DNA of 64,000 nucleotides, taken from Bacteroidota bacterium (GTDB taxonomy: Bacteria > Bacteroidota > Ignavibacteria > UBA10030 > UBA8401). The stretch is from contig JBAUMC010000020.1 of assembly GCA_049578505.1 (NCBI GenBank), positions 1,619-65,618 on the forward strand. The letters run 5' to 3'. The position numbers and the translations under genes are program-made. Within the stretch, counting starts at the first letter, position 1. The number at the start of each line of letters is the position of its first letter. Shown here piece after piece: positions 1-9,363 of this stretch. A model generated the notes under the pieces. That model did not search any database, had not been told where the DNA came from, and was given only the letters and a program-made list of their open reading frames with translations.

Positions 1-1363
1 GGACGCGATTGCGTTCTCCTCCTGAAAGCTCTCCGGTTTTCTTTTGCTGATCGCTTCCGCTGAAATTAAATCGCGCTACGTAAGCACGCGAATTCACATC
101 GCGGTTCCCAAGCTTTAATATATCCTCACCCCCCGATATTTCCTGCCAGATTGTTTTCTCCGGGTCGAGCGGACGGCTCTGGTCGACGTAGGCGAGTTTT
201 ACCGTTTCGCCGATTTTGATTTCGCCGCTGTCCGGCTTCTCCTGCCCTGTGATCATGCGAAACAATGTCGTTTTTCCCGCTCCATTAGGACCGATGACCC
301 CGATGATGCCGCCATGGGGGAGAACAAAATTCATCTCCTCGCACAGCAAATTATCGCCGTACCCCTTCGATACGTTGTGGGACTCAATTGCGACATCGCC
401 GAGGCGGGGACCGGAAGGAATAAATATTTCAAGATCTTCATCCCGCTTTTCCGATTCATCGGCGAGCATTTTTTCGTACGCCGCAATGCGGGCTTTGCTT
501 TTTGCATGGCGCCCTTTCGGATTCATACGCACCCATTCCAGTTCCTCGGATAATGCCTTCTGACGCTTCGATTCCTGTTTCTCTTCGAGCCCAAGCCTCT
601 GCTGCTTCTGCTCGAGCCAGGAAGAATAATTTCCTTTAAAAGGAATCCCTTCGCCCCGGTCCAATTCCAGAATCCATCCCGCCACGTTATCGAGAAAATA
701 CCTGTCGTGCGTCACGGCAAGGACGGTCCCCTTGTATTGACTGAGATGATGTTCGAGCCAGGAGACAGATTCGGCGTCGAGATGATTGGTCGGTTCGTCG
801 AGAAGCAGCACGTCGGGTTCTTGAAGGAGAAGGCGGCAAAGAGCAACGCGGCGCCTCTCTCCGCCGGACAGGACGTTCACCGGAGTGCTGCCGGGAGGGC
901 AGCGAAGAGCGTCCATAGCCTGCTCAAGTTTGCTGTCGATGTCCCATGCATTGAGATGATCTATCTTTTCCTGAAGGTTTCCTTGCTTTTCGAGCAGCTT
1001 ATCGAAGTCTGCGTCCGGTTCACCGAATTTGGCGGTGACGGCTTCGTACTCTTTGATGAGTGCAACAATTTCATGAACACCTTCCTCGACAATCTCTTTC
1101 ACTGTTTTTGTCGCATCGAGCAGCGGTTCTTGCGGAAGATACCCAAACGATATTCCCTTTTGCGAGGTGATCTCGCCAATATACTCTTTATCGAGTCCCG
1201 CAATAATTCGCAGCAGCGTGCTCTTCCCCGCGCCGTTCAGGCCCAGCACGCCGATCTTTGCGCCGTAAAAAAAAGAGAGGTAGATATCTTTTAAAACTTG
1301 TTTGTTCGGCTTATGGATTTTCCCAACGCCGACCATCGAGAAGATGATTTTATTATCGCTCAT
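1..1363 (-). CDS. ettA: Energy-dependent translational throttle protein EttA (ABC-F ATPase), partial; the C-terminal ~100 aa lie beyond the window start
   Basis: Absent from the ORF track because it is open at the window edge. My reverse-strand translation from the ATG at 1363-1361 reads MSDNKIIFSMVGVGKIHKPNKQVLKDIYLSFFYGAKIGVLGLNGAGKSTLLRIIAG ... LSGGERRRVALCRLLLQEPDVLLLDEPTNHLDAESV ... HDRYFLDNVAGWILELDRGEGIPFKGNYSSWLEQKQQRL ... GVIGPNGAGKTTLFRMITGQEKPDSG. That is two ABC cassettes, collinear with E. coli EttA as I remember it. Confidence 0.9.
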   Translation of the reverse strand, partial: MSDNKIIFSMVGVGKIHKPNKQVLKDIYLSFFYGAKIGVLGLNGAGKSTLLRIIAGLDKEYIGEITSQKGISFGYLPQEPLLDATKTVKEIVEEGVHEIVALIKEYEAVTAKFGEPDADFDKLLEKQGNLQEKIDHLNAWDIDSKLEQAMDALRCPPGSTPVNVLSGGERRRVALCRLLLQEPDVLLLDEPTNHLDAESVSWLEHHLSQYKGTVLAVTHDRYFLDNVAGWILELDRGEGIPFKGNYSSWLEQKQQRLGLEEKQESKRQKALSEELEWVRMNPKGRHAKSKARIAAYEKMLADESEKRDEDLEIFIPSGPRLGDVAIESHNVSKGYGDNLLCEEMNFVLPHGGIIGVIGPNGAGKTTLFRMITGQEKPDSGEIKIGETVKLAYVDQSRPLDPEKTIWQEISGGEDILKLGNRDVNSRAYVARFNFSGSDQQKKTGELSGGERNRV

Positions 1364-1381
1364 TGAACTCCTGAAATTAGC

Positions 1382-1427
1382 ATTCCCAAGCAGCCTGTCC
1401 CGCAGCAGCGGGAGAGCTTGGGAACGA
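1382..1427. repeat. REP-like palindromic element, family A copy 1 (ATTCCCAAGC...GCTTGGGAACGA) with a second nested stem; may also terminate the ABC operon
   Basis: Outer arms are TTCCCAAGC / GCTTGGGAA. The inner arms GTCCCGC / GCGGGAG pair imperfectly. It lies between the ABC ATPase stop (1534) and the ettA start (1363). Confidence 0.5.
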
Positions 1428-1533
1428 GATAAAATAAAGATAAAGCAACTCTTCTTTGGAGAAATAGCACCTAGGTCAAGAATGATCCAAATCTAATCAT
1501 GAAGATGTCCTCCATCTCCGGAAAATACATCCT

Positions 1534-2838
1534 TTACCCAGCCGCATCTTGCCCGGTGTCTAAATAAAGAACCTTATCGTCGGCGTTATAACCGAACAAC
1601 TCACCGTACCTTGCCCATGCGACCATCGTCTCGAAGAGTTTTTCGACGTCTTCGTTAGGAAGAAGGATGGCGAGCTGCTCGAGTATAATTTCTTCGTCAA
1701 GGTTCAGGGCCTCATTCCGCTGTAACATTCCGGAAATGACTTCGAACAATCGAAGAGAGAGCATCTGCTGTTTGAAAAGAAGTTTCCGGTTGTTGACATC
1801 TCCCTTGAGAAATTGTTTGCCGGTATCGGTGAAGACAACGTTATGTTTCGGCGTGTCGACAAAATCGAGCAGCTCGGCAGCTTTCACGACGGTAATTGTC
1901 GAACCGAAATCTTTCCCTGTCTTTTGGGCAAGGTCGAAAATATCAATCGTCCCGTTATGGTCGTCAAGAATCTCCAGCAACCCGAGAATTTCGCCAGGTG
2001 AGACATACGGCAGTGGTTCAATATGCCGTGCGACCGCGGTTTGTACGGCCGGCACAACTTCATCCGGGATGATAGCGTTGGTGATAATGTCGTGGATATG
2101 GTCGATCATGGTTAAGAACGCCGGCGAACGCATATCCCGTGGATGAGGCATTTCATTTTGTAAAATAACCCGGATCGCGCCTGGATTAGTGCTGAGCACG
2201 ACAATACGGTTCGCGAGGAACACCGCTTCGCGAATATCGTGAGTAACAAAGAGGACGCTTTTGATTTCTACTTTGTGATCGAGCCAAAGATTAAGAACTT
2301 CTGCGCGAAGGTTCTCCGCCGTCAGCACATCGAGCGCGCTGAAGGGCTCATCCATGCACAGCAACTCCGGCTGGACCACAATTGCCCGCGCGATCCCGAC
2401 ACGCTGTTTCATCCCGCCGGAAAGCTCCTTCGGGTACGCTTCTTCAAATCCTTCCAAGCCGACTTTGTCCACCGCTTGCCGGACACGCGAGCGCACCTCT
2501 TCGTCCGGCAATTGAAGCCATTCCAACCCCATGGCAATATTTTCATGTACTGTCAACCACGGATAGAGAGCAAAATTCTGGAAAACAATCGATGCGCGAG
2601 GGTGGAATCCGACCAACGGTTTTTCATACGCAAGCACGTCACCCGTCGTCGGTTTAATCAGACCGGTCAGGATGCGCATCATGGTCGACTTGCCCGACCC
2701 CGACGGCCCAAGGAGTGCGACAATTTCGCCTGCGTGAATCTGGAGCGAAACGTTTTCGAGCACTTTCAATTCCGCTCCGTTTGGCAGAGTGAATTCTTTA
2801 CAGACGTTGCGCAGTTCGGCTATGGCATTTGAGTTCAT
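1534..2838 (-). CDS. ABC transporter ATP-binding protein, NitT/TauT (nitrate/sulfonate/taurine) type, with a ~170-aa C-terminal extra domain
   Basis: Walker A GPSGSGKST, signature LSGGMKQRVGIARA, Walker B LLCMDEPFSALD, H-loop FVTHD. The C-terminal extension resembles the AAA-associated domain seen on this ATPase subfamily. A 4-nt ATGA overlap joins it to the upstream permease. Confidence 0.85.
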   Translation of the reverse strand: MNSNAIAELRNVCKEFTLPNGAELKVLENVSLQIHAGEIVALLGPSGSGKSTMMRILTGLIKPTTGDVLAYEKPLVGFHPRASIVFQNFALYPWLTVHENIAMGLEWLQLPDEEVRSRVRQAVDKVGLEGFEEAYPKELSGGMKQRVGIARAIVVQPELLCMDEPFSALDVLTAENLRAEVLNLWLDHKVEIKSVLFVTHDIREAVFLANRIVVLSTNPGAIRVILQNEMPHPRDMRSPAFLTMIDHIHDIITNAIIPDEVVPAVQTAVARHIEPLPYVSPGEILGLLEILDDHNGTIDIFDLAQKTGKDFGSTITVVKAAELLDFVDTPKHNVVFTDTGKQFLKGDVNNRKLLFKQQMLSLRLFEVISGMLQRNEALNLDEEIILEQLAILLPNEDVEKLFETMVAWARYGELFGYNADDKVLYLDTGQDAAG

Positions 2839-4574
2839 TTGTTGAGGCTGAATTGAGTTTCTGCAATGTGGTAGAGCTTTTTCCAGAAAAGTTTATTGAT
2901 AAGAACGACGGTTGCCGCCATAACAAGCACGCTCGCTGCGAGGACCCCAAAATTGCCGCTGTCGGTCGCATTGGTAATCATCGATCCGAGACCCGTTGCA
3001 ATAAGAATTTTATCGCCGAAGTGAACATACTCCGCAACGATGCTCGCATTCCATGCGCCGCCGGTCGCCGTCACCCACCCGGTGACTAATGACGGAAATA
3101 TTCCGGGCAGTATCAACCGTTTCCATGTTTGCCATCGCGTCAGCCGCGAGACGTGCGCAACTTCGCGGAGGTCCTGCGGAATTCCCATCGCTCCGGCGAT
3201 GACATTAAAGAGAATATACCATTGCGTTCCGAGCATCATCAGAACGATGGCGCCATACTCGATGCCGACTCCTGCCCCCGACAGCGCAAGAATCACCAAC
3301 GGAAAAAGCATCGGCGCGGGAAAGGACGCAGCAACCTGAGCGACCGGCTGGAGCACGCGTGAGAGCTTCGGATTCAACCCGATCGCAACGCCGATGGGGA
3401 TCATCAACAGCGTTCCGACCACAACCGCCACAAGGACGCGGCCAAAAGTGAAGAGAAGGTGTGAAAATATTGTCAACCATTCTTCAAGGTTCAACTCGGC
3501 AAATAGCGAAAACATTTTCCACGCGCCGAGGAGGATGACGGCAAACATAAGCGCCGTAACGATCCACCCGGAAATCTTCTTGAAAACTTTACCGGTGTAG
3601 ACTGAGGAGATCGCTTCTTGTTTTTCGAAAGCAATGACTCCGTTGGTGACCCGCAGCGAGACGGAGGAGTAGAGAGGGTCCCAGACGCTCTCGCGGGCAA
3701 ATTTCAGTAACTTTGATTCACGAAGAAGCTCAAGCACGAAGGATTTTTCGGTCTCGGATGCCTCGGTATCCTCAAATTTATACTTCTGCGCCCAGGCAAC
3801 AATCGGACGCCAGAAGAACTGGTCGACGAGGACAATCATGGTCGTCATGGCGATAATGGCGTAGATCATTGCCGGTACGTTCCCTTGTGAGATTGCGACA
3901 CTCATGTAAGAGCCGATGCCGGGGAGCCGGAAATCTTTCGTCCCCAGCACAAAGGCCTCGTTGATGGTGAGGAAGAACCAACCCCCAGCCATCGACATCA
4001 TGCTGTTCCAGATCAACCCCATCGCCGAGTAGGGCAATTCCAGCTGCGTGAAGCGACGCCACCAGCCGAGTTTGTAAACGCGTGCCGTTTCTCGGAGCTC
4101 CGTTGGGATAGAACGGAGGGAATTATAGAAACTGAAAGTCATATTCCAAACCTGACCCGTAAAAATCATAATGACCGCGGCAAGTTCAAGCCCTACATTT
4201 GATGTCGGAAATATGGCAACAAACGCCAGCACTAACGTCGGGAGAAAACCGAGAACGGGTATGCTTTGCAGAATATCAAGAAGCGGAATCATGACCTTCT
4301 CCGCTCTTTTGTTGTATGCAGCCACGTAACCGTACAAAATCGTGAAGACCAGAGAAATGCCGTACGCAACGAAGCCCCTCACGAGGGAGAAGAATGTGTA
4401 CTTCGGCAGCGCCAAGGGAGAAAGATCGATGTCGACTTTTGGACGGAGGACACCGTTCCACTCTTTTCCCACGCCGACGAGACTATACAACAATGCCGCC
4501 AGCGCAAGGAAGACCAGCGGGTCGACCCAACTGACGGAACGACGAAGACGAACGTAAGCACGAATCAGCGACAT
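2835..4574 (-). CDS. ABC transporter permease with two fused BPD-type transmembrane domains
   Basis: 579 aa and polytopic throughout, with two similar halves. Translationally coupled to the ATPase gene. No binding-protein gene is adjacent. Confidence 0.8.
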   Translation of the reverse strand: MSLIRAYVRLRRSVSWVDPLVFLALAALLYSLVGVGKEWNGVLRPKVDIDLSPLALPKYTFFSLVRGFVAYGISLVFTILYGYVAAYNKRAEKVMIPLLDILQSIPVLGFLPTLVLAFVAIFPTSNVGLELAAVIMIFTGQVWNMTFSFYNSLRSIPTELRETARVYKLGWWRRFTQLELPYSAMGLIWNSMMSMAGGWFFLTINEAFVLGTKDFRLPGIGSYMSVAISQGNVPAMIYAIIAMTTMIVLVDQFFWRPIVAWAQKYKFEDTEASETEKSFVLELLRESKLLKFARESVWDPLYSSVSLRVTNGVIAFEKQEAISSVYTGKVFKKISGWIVTALMFAVILLGAWKMFSLFAELNLEEWLTIFSHLLFTFGRVLVAVVVGTLLMIPIGVAIGLNPKLSRVLQPVAQVAASFPAPMLFPLVILALSGAGVGIEYGAIVLMMLGTQWYILFNVIAGAMGIPQDLREVAHVSRLTRWQTWKRLILPGIFPSLVTGWVTATGGAWNASIVAEYVHFGDKILIATGLGSMITNATDSGNFGVLAASVLVMAATVVLINKLFWKKLYHIAETQFSLNK

Positions 4575-4648
4575 GAAGAGAGATTTGAGTTGTTATGAAG
4601 ATATTGAAAAGCGGTGTGAGAGGCAATAAAGAAACTGTGAGGGAACTG

Positions 4649-5464
4649 TTATTTTAAGGCGACCGGTTTCCGTCGGATTATTTTTTTATAGTATGCCCAC
4701 GCGGTGCTGTCTGCAATCGGCATGGTGTGGTAGACCTCAAGCTTTCGCAGCCGGAGGATTTCGGAATACCGATCCTGGGAATTTGGATGCGTGCTGATCC
4801 ACTCAAATTGTTTTGGAGTGTTGTTTTTTTCTTGCGATAAACGAAATATCACATCGGCAAAGGAGACCGGGTCGATCTCCGCTTTCGCCATTATATGGAC
4901 GGCAGAGGCATCAGCTTCGCTTTCCAGGCGCCTGTCGAAGGCGGTCGATGATATGAGCCTTGCCGTCTCGCGGGCGATCTCTCCGTTTGCTTCACCTTCG
5001 GCAAGAGCCGCCAGCATCGACAGCCCCGCTTCTTTTTTAAGCCCCTTCATGATATCCCCATGTTCGATATGAGCGATCTCATGCGCCAGAACACCGCTCA
5101 ATTCTTCCGGCGACTTGCAATACCGTATCATTCCTGTGTAGACAATGAGATGCCGGTCGGGGAGAGCAATTGCATTCACCTCGTTCCGGACGAGAATATG
5201 GAGAGTGATTGAGGAGTCGTTAATGCCGTTCGCTGTGCAAAGTCTATTCTTGATGCCGTTGACAAATGTGTAGACGGTATCCGAGTTAAGCTCTTCGCCC
5301 CCTTTTTGCAGTTCTTCGAGGATCAATTCGCCTAATTTCTGTTCAGTCCCCTTCGTCAGCTCTTCAACACGGAAATATCCGAGGTAGTCGAAGCTGCCAA
5401 GGAGGAACCATATACCGAAGAACAAAACAGCAAGAACGATGAATTGACCGGCGATCTTTACCAT
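4649..5464 (-). CDS. M48-family zinc metalloprotease, membrane anchored
   Basis: N-terminal TM helix (IAGQFIVLAVLFFGIWFLLG) and the HEXXH motif AHEIAHIEHGD. Confidence 0.8.
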   Translation of the reverse strand: MVKIAGQFIVLAVLFFGIWFLLGSFDYLGYFRVEELTKGTEQKLGELILEELQKGGEELNSDTVYTFVNGIKNRLCTANGINDSSITLHILVRNEVNAIALPDRHLIVYTGMIRYCKSPEELSGVLAHEIAHIEHGDIMKGLKKEAGLSMLAALAEGEANGEIARETARLISSTAFDRRLESEADASAVHIMAKAEIDPVSFADVIFRLSQEKNNTPKQFEWISTHPNSQDRYSEILRLRKLEVYHTMPIADSTAWAYYKKIIRRKPVALK

Positions 5465-5465
5465 A

Positions 5466-5894
5466 CTATCCTTTTACTAGCGTCTCTGTCATCGGGCCGA
5501 AGAACCACCAGGTCACATGTCTTCCCTTGCGCGTTTGAACGGCTGCGTAAATGGTTGCGATGAATTCGACGAGATTAAACAGTATGATGGTAAAGATGTA
5601 CGCGACATAATTATTTGATGCCGTTGTGCGGTCGAAAATGATTCCCAGTGTCCAATACATACCCGCAGCGTTGACCGGCAGCGTAAACCCTTGAGCCAGC
5701 AGCGCCTGCGTGCAATGCCAACGGACAAAGCGGGCCGATTTCCTGTTCGCAAAATAAAAAATCGCCGACGCTATCAGGTTGACGATCGGCAAGGGAAGCC
5801 CGACCATAATCACGACAAGCGACATCAAATAACTGTTGGATGCTTTTTCAGCTTCGTATTCATCGGGGGGATAGGAGAATTCCTGGAGCGCCAC
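5466..5894 (-). CDS. Small polytopic membrane protein (DUF4870-like), function unknown
   Basis: 142 aa with 3-4 hydrophobic helices and an apparent GTG start. Packed 1 nt from the M48 gene and 1 nt from the DUF2752-like gene. Confidence 0.5.
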   Translation of the reverse strand: MALQEFSYPPDEYEAEKASNSYLMSLVVIMVGLPLPIVNLIASAIFYFANRKSARFVRWHCTQALLAQGFTLPVNAAGMYWTLGIIFDRTTASNNYVAYIFTIILFNLVEFIATIYAAVQTRKGRHVTWWFFGPMTETLVKG

Positions 5895-5895
5895 C

Positions 5896-6309
5896 CTATA
5901 ACCCTTTCGAAATATTCCAGAACCAGTTGAGCATCACAACGGCAACGGCAAAAGCGGCGAGCAATTTGTTGTGTGTAAGAAGATGTTCGATCTGCGCATA
6001 CCGTCTGTAGAAGCTGTGGCTCCTGCCGAATGTGTCGATCATGATCCACAAAGGAACAATGACCAGAGCAAGGGCAAGCACGATCCCGAATGGGTTCATC
6101 ATCAACGATTCATGCAACCTCCCACTCATAAGGAGGAGAAGCGAACGGGTCGTACCGCAGGAAGGACACGGAAGGCCGGTAATTTCTTTAAACAAACAGA
6201 CCGATGGTAATCCAGAAGTTTCCGAGCCTTCAATGAAATTCCAGCCAAGCCATCCATAGCCGGCCAGCGATAGGCCGGCGAGAACGATGTAAAGATTTTT
6301 TCTGATCAT
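5896..6309 (-). CDS. DUF2752-like membrane protein
   Basis: Contains CPSCGTTRS, the Cys-x-x-Cys-G-x-T-R signature I associate with DUF2752, plus 3-4 TM helices. I moved the start to the ATG at 6309 (MIRKNLYIVLAG). The track's longer ORF would overlap the TM2 gene by 53 nt. Confidence 0.6.
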   Translation of the reverse strand: MIRKNLYIVLAGLSLAGYGWLGWNFIEGSETSGLPSVCLFKEITGLPCPSCGTTRSLLLLMSGRLHESLMMNPFGIVLALALVIVPLWIMIDTFGRSHSFYRRYAQIEHLLTHNKLLAAFAVAVVMLNWFWNISKGL

Positions 6310-6316
6310 ACGAGAA

Positions 6317-6655
6317 TCAATACAAAACTTGCAGTATCCGTTGTAAGTTAAATTCGCGGGTCTTTCCAAGGATCAGGAACCAATCAACGATTGTCCAAAT
6401 ACCAAGCCCTCCGCACGTCAACAGCTTTGCAATCCCAAGACCAATTTCGCCGAGCATGAACCGGTCAATTCCGAAATGGCCGCCGATGAGTGAAACAATG
6501 AGCATCGTTGTCGGGTCTTTGAGGTTTGCACCCTGTACCAAAAGAAGCTTTGAATCATCAAGCTTCATTAACTTTTCACGGATAGCATTAAGCTGATATC
6601 CTTCAAAGTACTTGGAGGACATCATCATGTACATGTCGACTTTTTGCTGCTCCAT
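6317..6655 (-). CDS. TM2 domain-containing protein
   Basis: GGHFGIDRFMLGEIGLGIAKLLTCGGLGIWTIVDWFLI is a classic TM2 two-helix motif. The N-terminus MEQQKVDMYMM matches the usual start of this family. The ATG at 6655 is preferred over the TTG at 6670. Confidence 0.8.
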   Translation of the reverse strand: MEQQKVDMYMMMSSKYFEGYQLNAIREKLMKLDDSKLLLVQGANLKDPTTMLIVSLIGGHFGIDRFMLGEIGLGIAKLLTCGGLGIWTIVDWFLILGKTREFNLQRILQVLY

Positions 6656-6890
6656 AAGATTCCCTTTCAATGAAAGTTGTGTGAGTTTCGGTGATTCCCC
6701 AACACAGAAAAGACCCGGCTTTTATGATGTAAAATAAACCCACGAAACTTAATAATCGCTTCCTCAAAAAGCAACGAGGGATCGGGTAGGGTGGTGGTAG
6801 TGATAGCTTGATAAGAAGTTGGAAAGACTTTAGGAGCTGTTCAAATATTTATTGAGGAAAAAAGATTCACGCAAAGCCGCCATGCTCATC

Positions 6891-6916
6891 TCGTTCCCAA
6901 GCTCCGCTTGGGAACG
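6891..6916. repeat. REP-like palindromic element, family A copy 2
   Basis: TCGTTCCCAAGC-TCC-GCTTGGGAACG; intergenic. Confidence 0.6.
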
Positions 6917-6963
6917 TGTATCCGACCGATTTTCTCTCTTCGCGAGGCAGGGCATTCAATACG

Positions 6964-6994
6964 TCTCGTTCCCAAAGAGACTTTGGGAACGAGA
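6964..6994. repeat. REP-like palindromic element, family A copy 3
   Basis: TCTCGTTCCCAAAGAGACTTTGGGAACGAGA, 48 nt from copy 2. Confidence 0.6.
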
Positions 6995-7072
6995 TAAGCT
7001 CGCAAAGGCCGACCCGTCGTCATCCTGTCCGTTTTTTGCGACTTTGCGTGAGTATTTTCGCGGAGAATGATT

Positions 7073-8308
7073 TCATTTAGCAGCCAGATGTGCAATATTA
7101 CTCGAAATAATGGCTTTATCCGCGTTTGTCTTTGCGAGTATCAATGCTGTATGAAAATGTTCCGATGCCCTTGCATTGTCCACATCAGCATAAAGGTTTC
7201 CCAATAACGAATGGTAAAGATGGTTTTCCTCAAGATGTAATTTTTCAGCTTCAATGATTGCTTCCTTTTTCCCGTTAGCTTTCGAAAGGGCGTATGTCCT
7301 GTTCAACGCCGCAATAGGCGAATATTCTATTTGGAGCAATCTGTTGTAAAGCTGCAAAATGTTTTCCCACTTTTCTTTACTATCCGTTTTCTTTGTGTGC
7401 CAGTACGCGATGGCCGCTTCCAGATGATACTTCGATAGATGCCTCCCCTTCGACGCTCTGTTGAGATAATACTCTCCCTTGTCGATTAACTCTTTGCTCC
7501 AGAGCCCGGTATCCTGATCTTCATAGAGAACGATTTCTCCGTTATGATTTGTTCGCGCTTCAAATCGCGACGAATGAAAACACATCAACGAAAGCAATGC
7601 GTTTGCCGAAGGGGTATCGGTCTGCTCATTTTCTGTGAGCATGACATTTAAGCGCATCGCTTCGACGCAAAGTTCTTTCCGCAATGTTGTGTTTTGGGAG
7701 GTGGAGTAGTACCCTTCACTAAAGAGCAAATAAAGCGTAGTCAGAACGGTTTCTAGTCTGCTGTAGATTTCCGTTTTCGCGGGAAGTTCAACCTCAATTT
7801 TTTCAATCTTTAGTTTTTCTTTAGCCCTAGCCAGGCGTTTATAGATGGTCTCCCTGTTCGTTAAAAATGCATCGGCGATCTCATCGGCGCCGAATCCGCA
7901 AAGAATGTTCAACGAGAGGCCGATCTGAGCTTCCGTTGAAATACAGGGATGACATACGGCGAACATCATCTGCAACTGACTGTCGCTGATATTTTTGTTC
8001 GAAAGGTCAATTTCTATTTCCTGCGATTTCGTTTCCGCTTGTTTTAATTCTGCGGCAACTTTTTGCGCAAAGATTGAATCGTGTTTTAAAACGTCTTTGG
8101 CTTTGTTCTTGGAAACTGCGTAGAGCCATGCAGTAGGGTTTGCGGGGAGGCCTTTGAGGCCCCAGGTTTCGGAAGCTAAAAGAAAAGTGTCGCTGACGAT
8201 ATCTTCGGCAATTTCAATATGTTCGATGCCAAAAAGCTTGCAGAGCACAGAAATGATCTTCCTGTACTCCGTCCTGAATAAGTGGGGTATCAGTTCTTGT
8301 TCATCCAT
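7073..8308 (-). CDS. ECF-type RNA polymerase sigma factor with a ~230-aa C-terminal TPR-like extension (ECF42-like architecture)
   Basis: Sigma region 2 (EDIVSDTFLLASETW ... PTAWLYAVSKNKAKD) and region 4 HTH (ADEIADAFLTNRETIYKRLARAKEKL), followed by a long helical C-terminal domain. A YCII-like gene lies immediately upstream in the same orientation. Confidence 0.75.
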   Translation of the reverse strand: MDEQELIPHLFRTEYRKIISVLCKLFGIEHIEIAEDIVSDTFLLASETWGLKGLPANPTAWLYAVSKNKAKDVLKHDSIFAQKVAAELKQAETKSQEIEIDLSNKNISDSQLQMMFAVCHPCISTEAQIGLSLNILCGFGADEIADAFLTNRETIYKRLARAKEKLKIEKIEVELPAKTEIYSRLETVLTTLYLLFSEGYYSTSQNTTLRKELCVEAMRLNVMLTENEQTDTPSANALLSLMCFHSSRFEARTNHNGEIVLYEDQDTGLWSKELIDKGEYYLNRASKGRHLSKYHLEAAIAYWHTKKTDSKEKWENILQLYNRLLQIEYSPIAALNRTYALSKANGKKEAIIEAEKLHLEENHLYHSLLGNLYADVDNARASEHFHTALILAKTNADKAIISSNIAHLAAK

Positions 8309-8361
8309 ATATGGAAACGCCTCCGCGAGCGACGGAGGCGCTTTTGTTTCCCTTATGCGTT

Positions 8362-8709
8362 TTAGTACATCGGCACGACGGTTCTTACCTCTACGTTGCC
8401 TCCCATTTTCAGAATCGGACAGTCCTTCGAGAGTTCCGCCGCTTCGTCAATGGAGTTGGCTTTCACGATAATGTAACCTCCGATTGCTTCTTTAATTTCA
8501 ACGTACGGTCCATTCGTGATGACATTATTGGGCTTTACCACGCGCCCGTCGGAAGCCAAACGATTCCCCGAACTTACCAATTTATTCTGTGCGGCGATGC
8601 CCCCCATCCAGTCCTGCCATGGTTTCATCATCGATTGCAACTGTTCGGGGGACGGTGGCGGCTCGTTGCTCACTGCGTCCCTTCTAAAAACCAATAAGAA
8701 TTCTTCCAT
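8362..8709 (-). CDS. YCII-related (DGPF-type) small protein
   Basis: 115 aa. The pattern FLLVFRRD...WQDWMGGIAAQNKLVSSGNRL...GGYIIVKANSIDEAAEL is typical of YciI-like proteins found next to extended ECF sigma factors. Confidence 0.65.
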   Translation of the reverse strand: MEEFLLVFRRDAVSNEPPPSPEQLQSMMKPWQDWMGGIAAQNKLVSSGNRLASDGRVVKPNNVITNGPYVEIKEAIGGYIIVKANSIDEAAELSKDCPILKMGGNVEVRTVVPMY

Positions 8710-8740
8710 AATTTTCTATTTTATTTGTTGTTATTGAAAC

Positions 8741-8848
8741 ATCCACGAAGTTCACTAAGAAAAACGAAGGGAAAGCATCCTATAGATAATCATTCCGTAA
8801 ATTCTTTGCAAATAGGAGCCTTCGTGTTTCTTCGTGCTCTTCGTGGAT
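8741..8848. repeat. Intergenic inverted repeat ATCCACGAAG / CTTCGTGGAT, with three tandem TTCGTG units on the right arm
   Basis: The 10-bp perfect arms are at 8741-8750 and 8839-8848. The right side reads ccTTCGTGtttcTTCGTGctcTTCGTGgat. A related CACGAAG motif occurs at about 9310. Confidence 0.45.
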
Positions 8849-8856
8849 ACCATAAA

Positions 8857-9255
8857 TTATTTACTTGAATGCAGTGCTACGCTATTCCCTTCCGAATCGA
8901 TAAAGTGAGCCATAAATCCAATATCGTCACTAATCTTTGTTTTGGGCATCGTTACTTTTCCTCCGGCTGCTTTAACTTTGCTGAGGGCTTTTGCCAGATT
9001 GGGATTTCCGTTCAGATAAATCTTTGCACCGTTCACGCTCGGTTTATGCATAGGACCCTGCACGAGGCCGCCGGAGACTTTTGCGTTCATGTCCGCTGAA
9101 GGAAAGAAGGCCATTTTCATGCCCATCGCTTCCTGTTCGTCCATTTTAATGCCGAACACTTTTTCATAGAATTTTTTTGCACGTTTGATATCCTTGACAG
9201 AAATCTCAAACCAATTAAGTGAATTTTCTTTTGCTGTCATCTTCTTCCCTTTCAA
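8857..9255 (-). CDS. VOC (glyoxalase/bleomycin-resistance fold) family protein, paralogue A
   Basis: About 130 aa. NWFEISVKDIKRAKKFYEKVFG ... GGKVTMPKTKISDDIGFMAHFIDSEGNSVALHS is a single-VOC-domain pattern. The start is either the TTG at 9255 or the ATG at 9240. Confidence 0.7.
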   Translation of the reverse strand: MKGKKMTAKENSLNWFEISVKDIKRAKKFYEKVFGIKMDEQEAMGMKMAFFPSADMNAKVSGGLVQGPMHKPSVNGAKIYLNGNPNLAKALSKVKAAGGKVTMPKTKISDDIGFMAHFIDSEGNSVALHSSK

Positions 9256-9363
9256 CTATTTAATTGAAGTATTATCCGGCGTTTCTCCGGAATTAAAAGG
9301 CTTGCCACGAAGACACAAAGCCTTAGAGGAACGCTCTCTACTGTTGTTTTTGCTTTTCTAAAA

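Noticed and set aside
216-1496. Plus-strand ORFs 216-563, 314-553, 707-1294 and 1302-1496.
   Set aside because: The first three are antisense to the unmistakable ettA reading frame, and their translations are low-complexity and Arg/Cys-rich. The last is built from the REP-like hairpin (…GRAWERDK…).
6852-7095. ORFs 6852-7070 (+) and 6886-7095 (-).
   Set aside because: Both are read-throughs of the two family A palindromes (…SSAWER…, …SLGTR… peptides on both strands). The region is intergenic repeat DNA.
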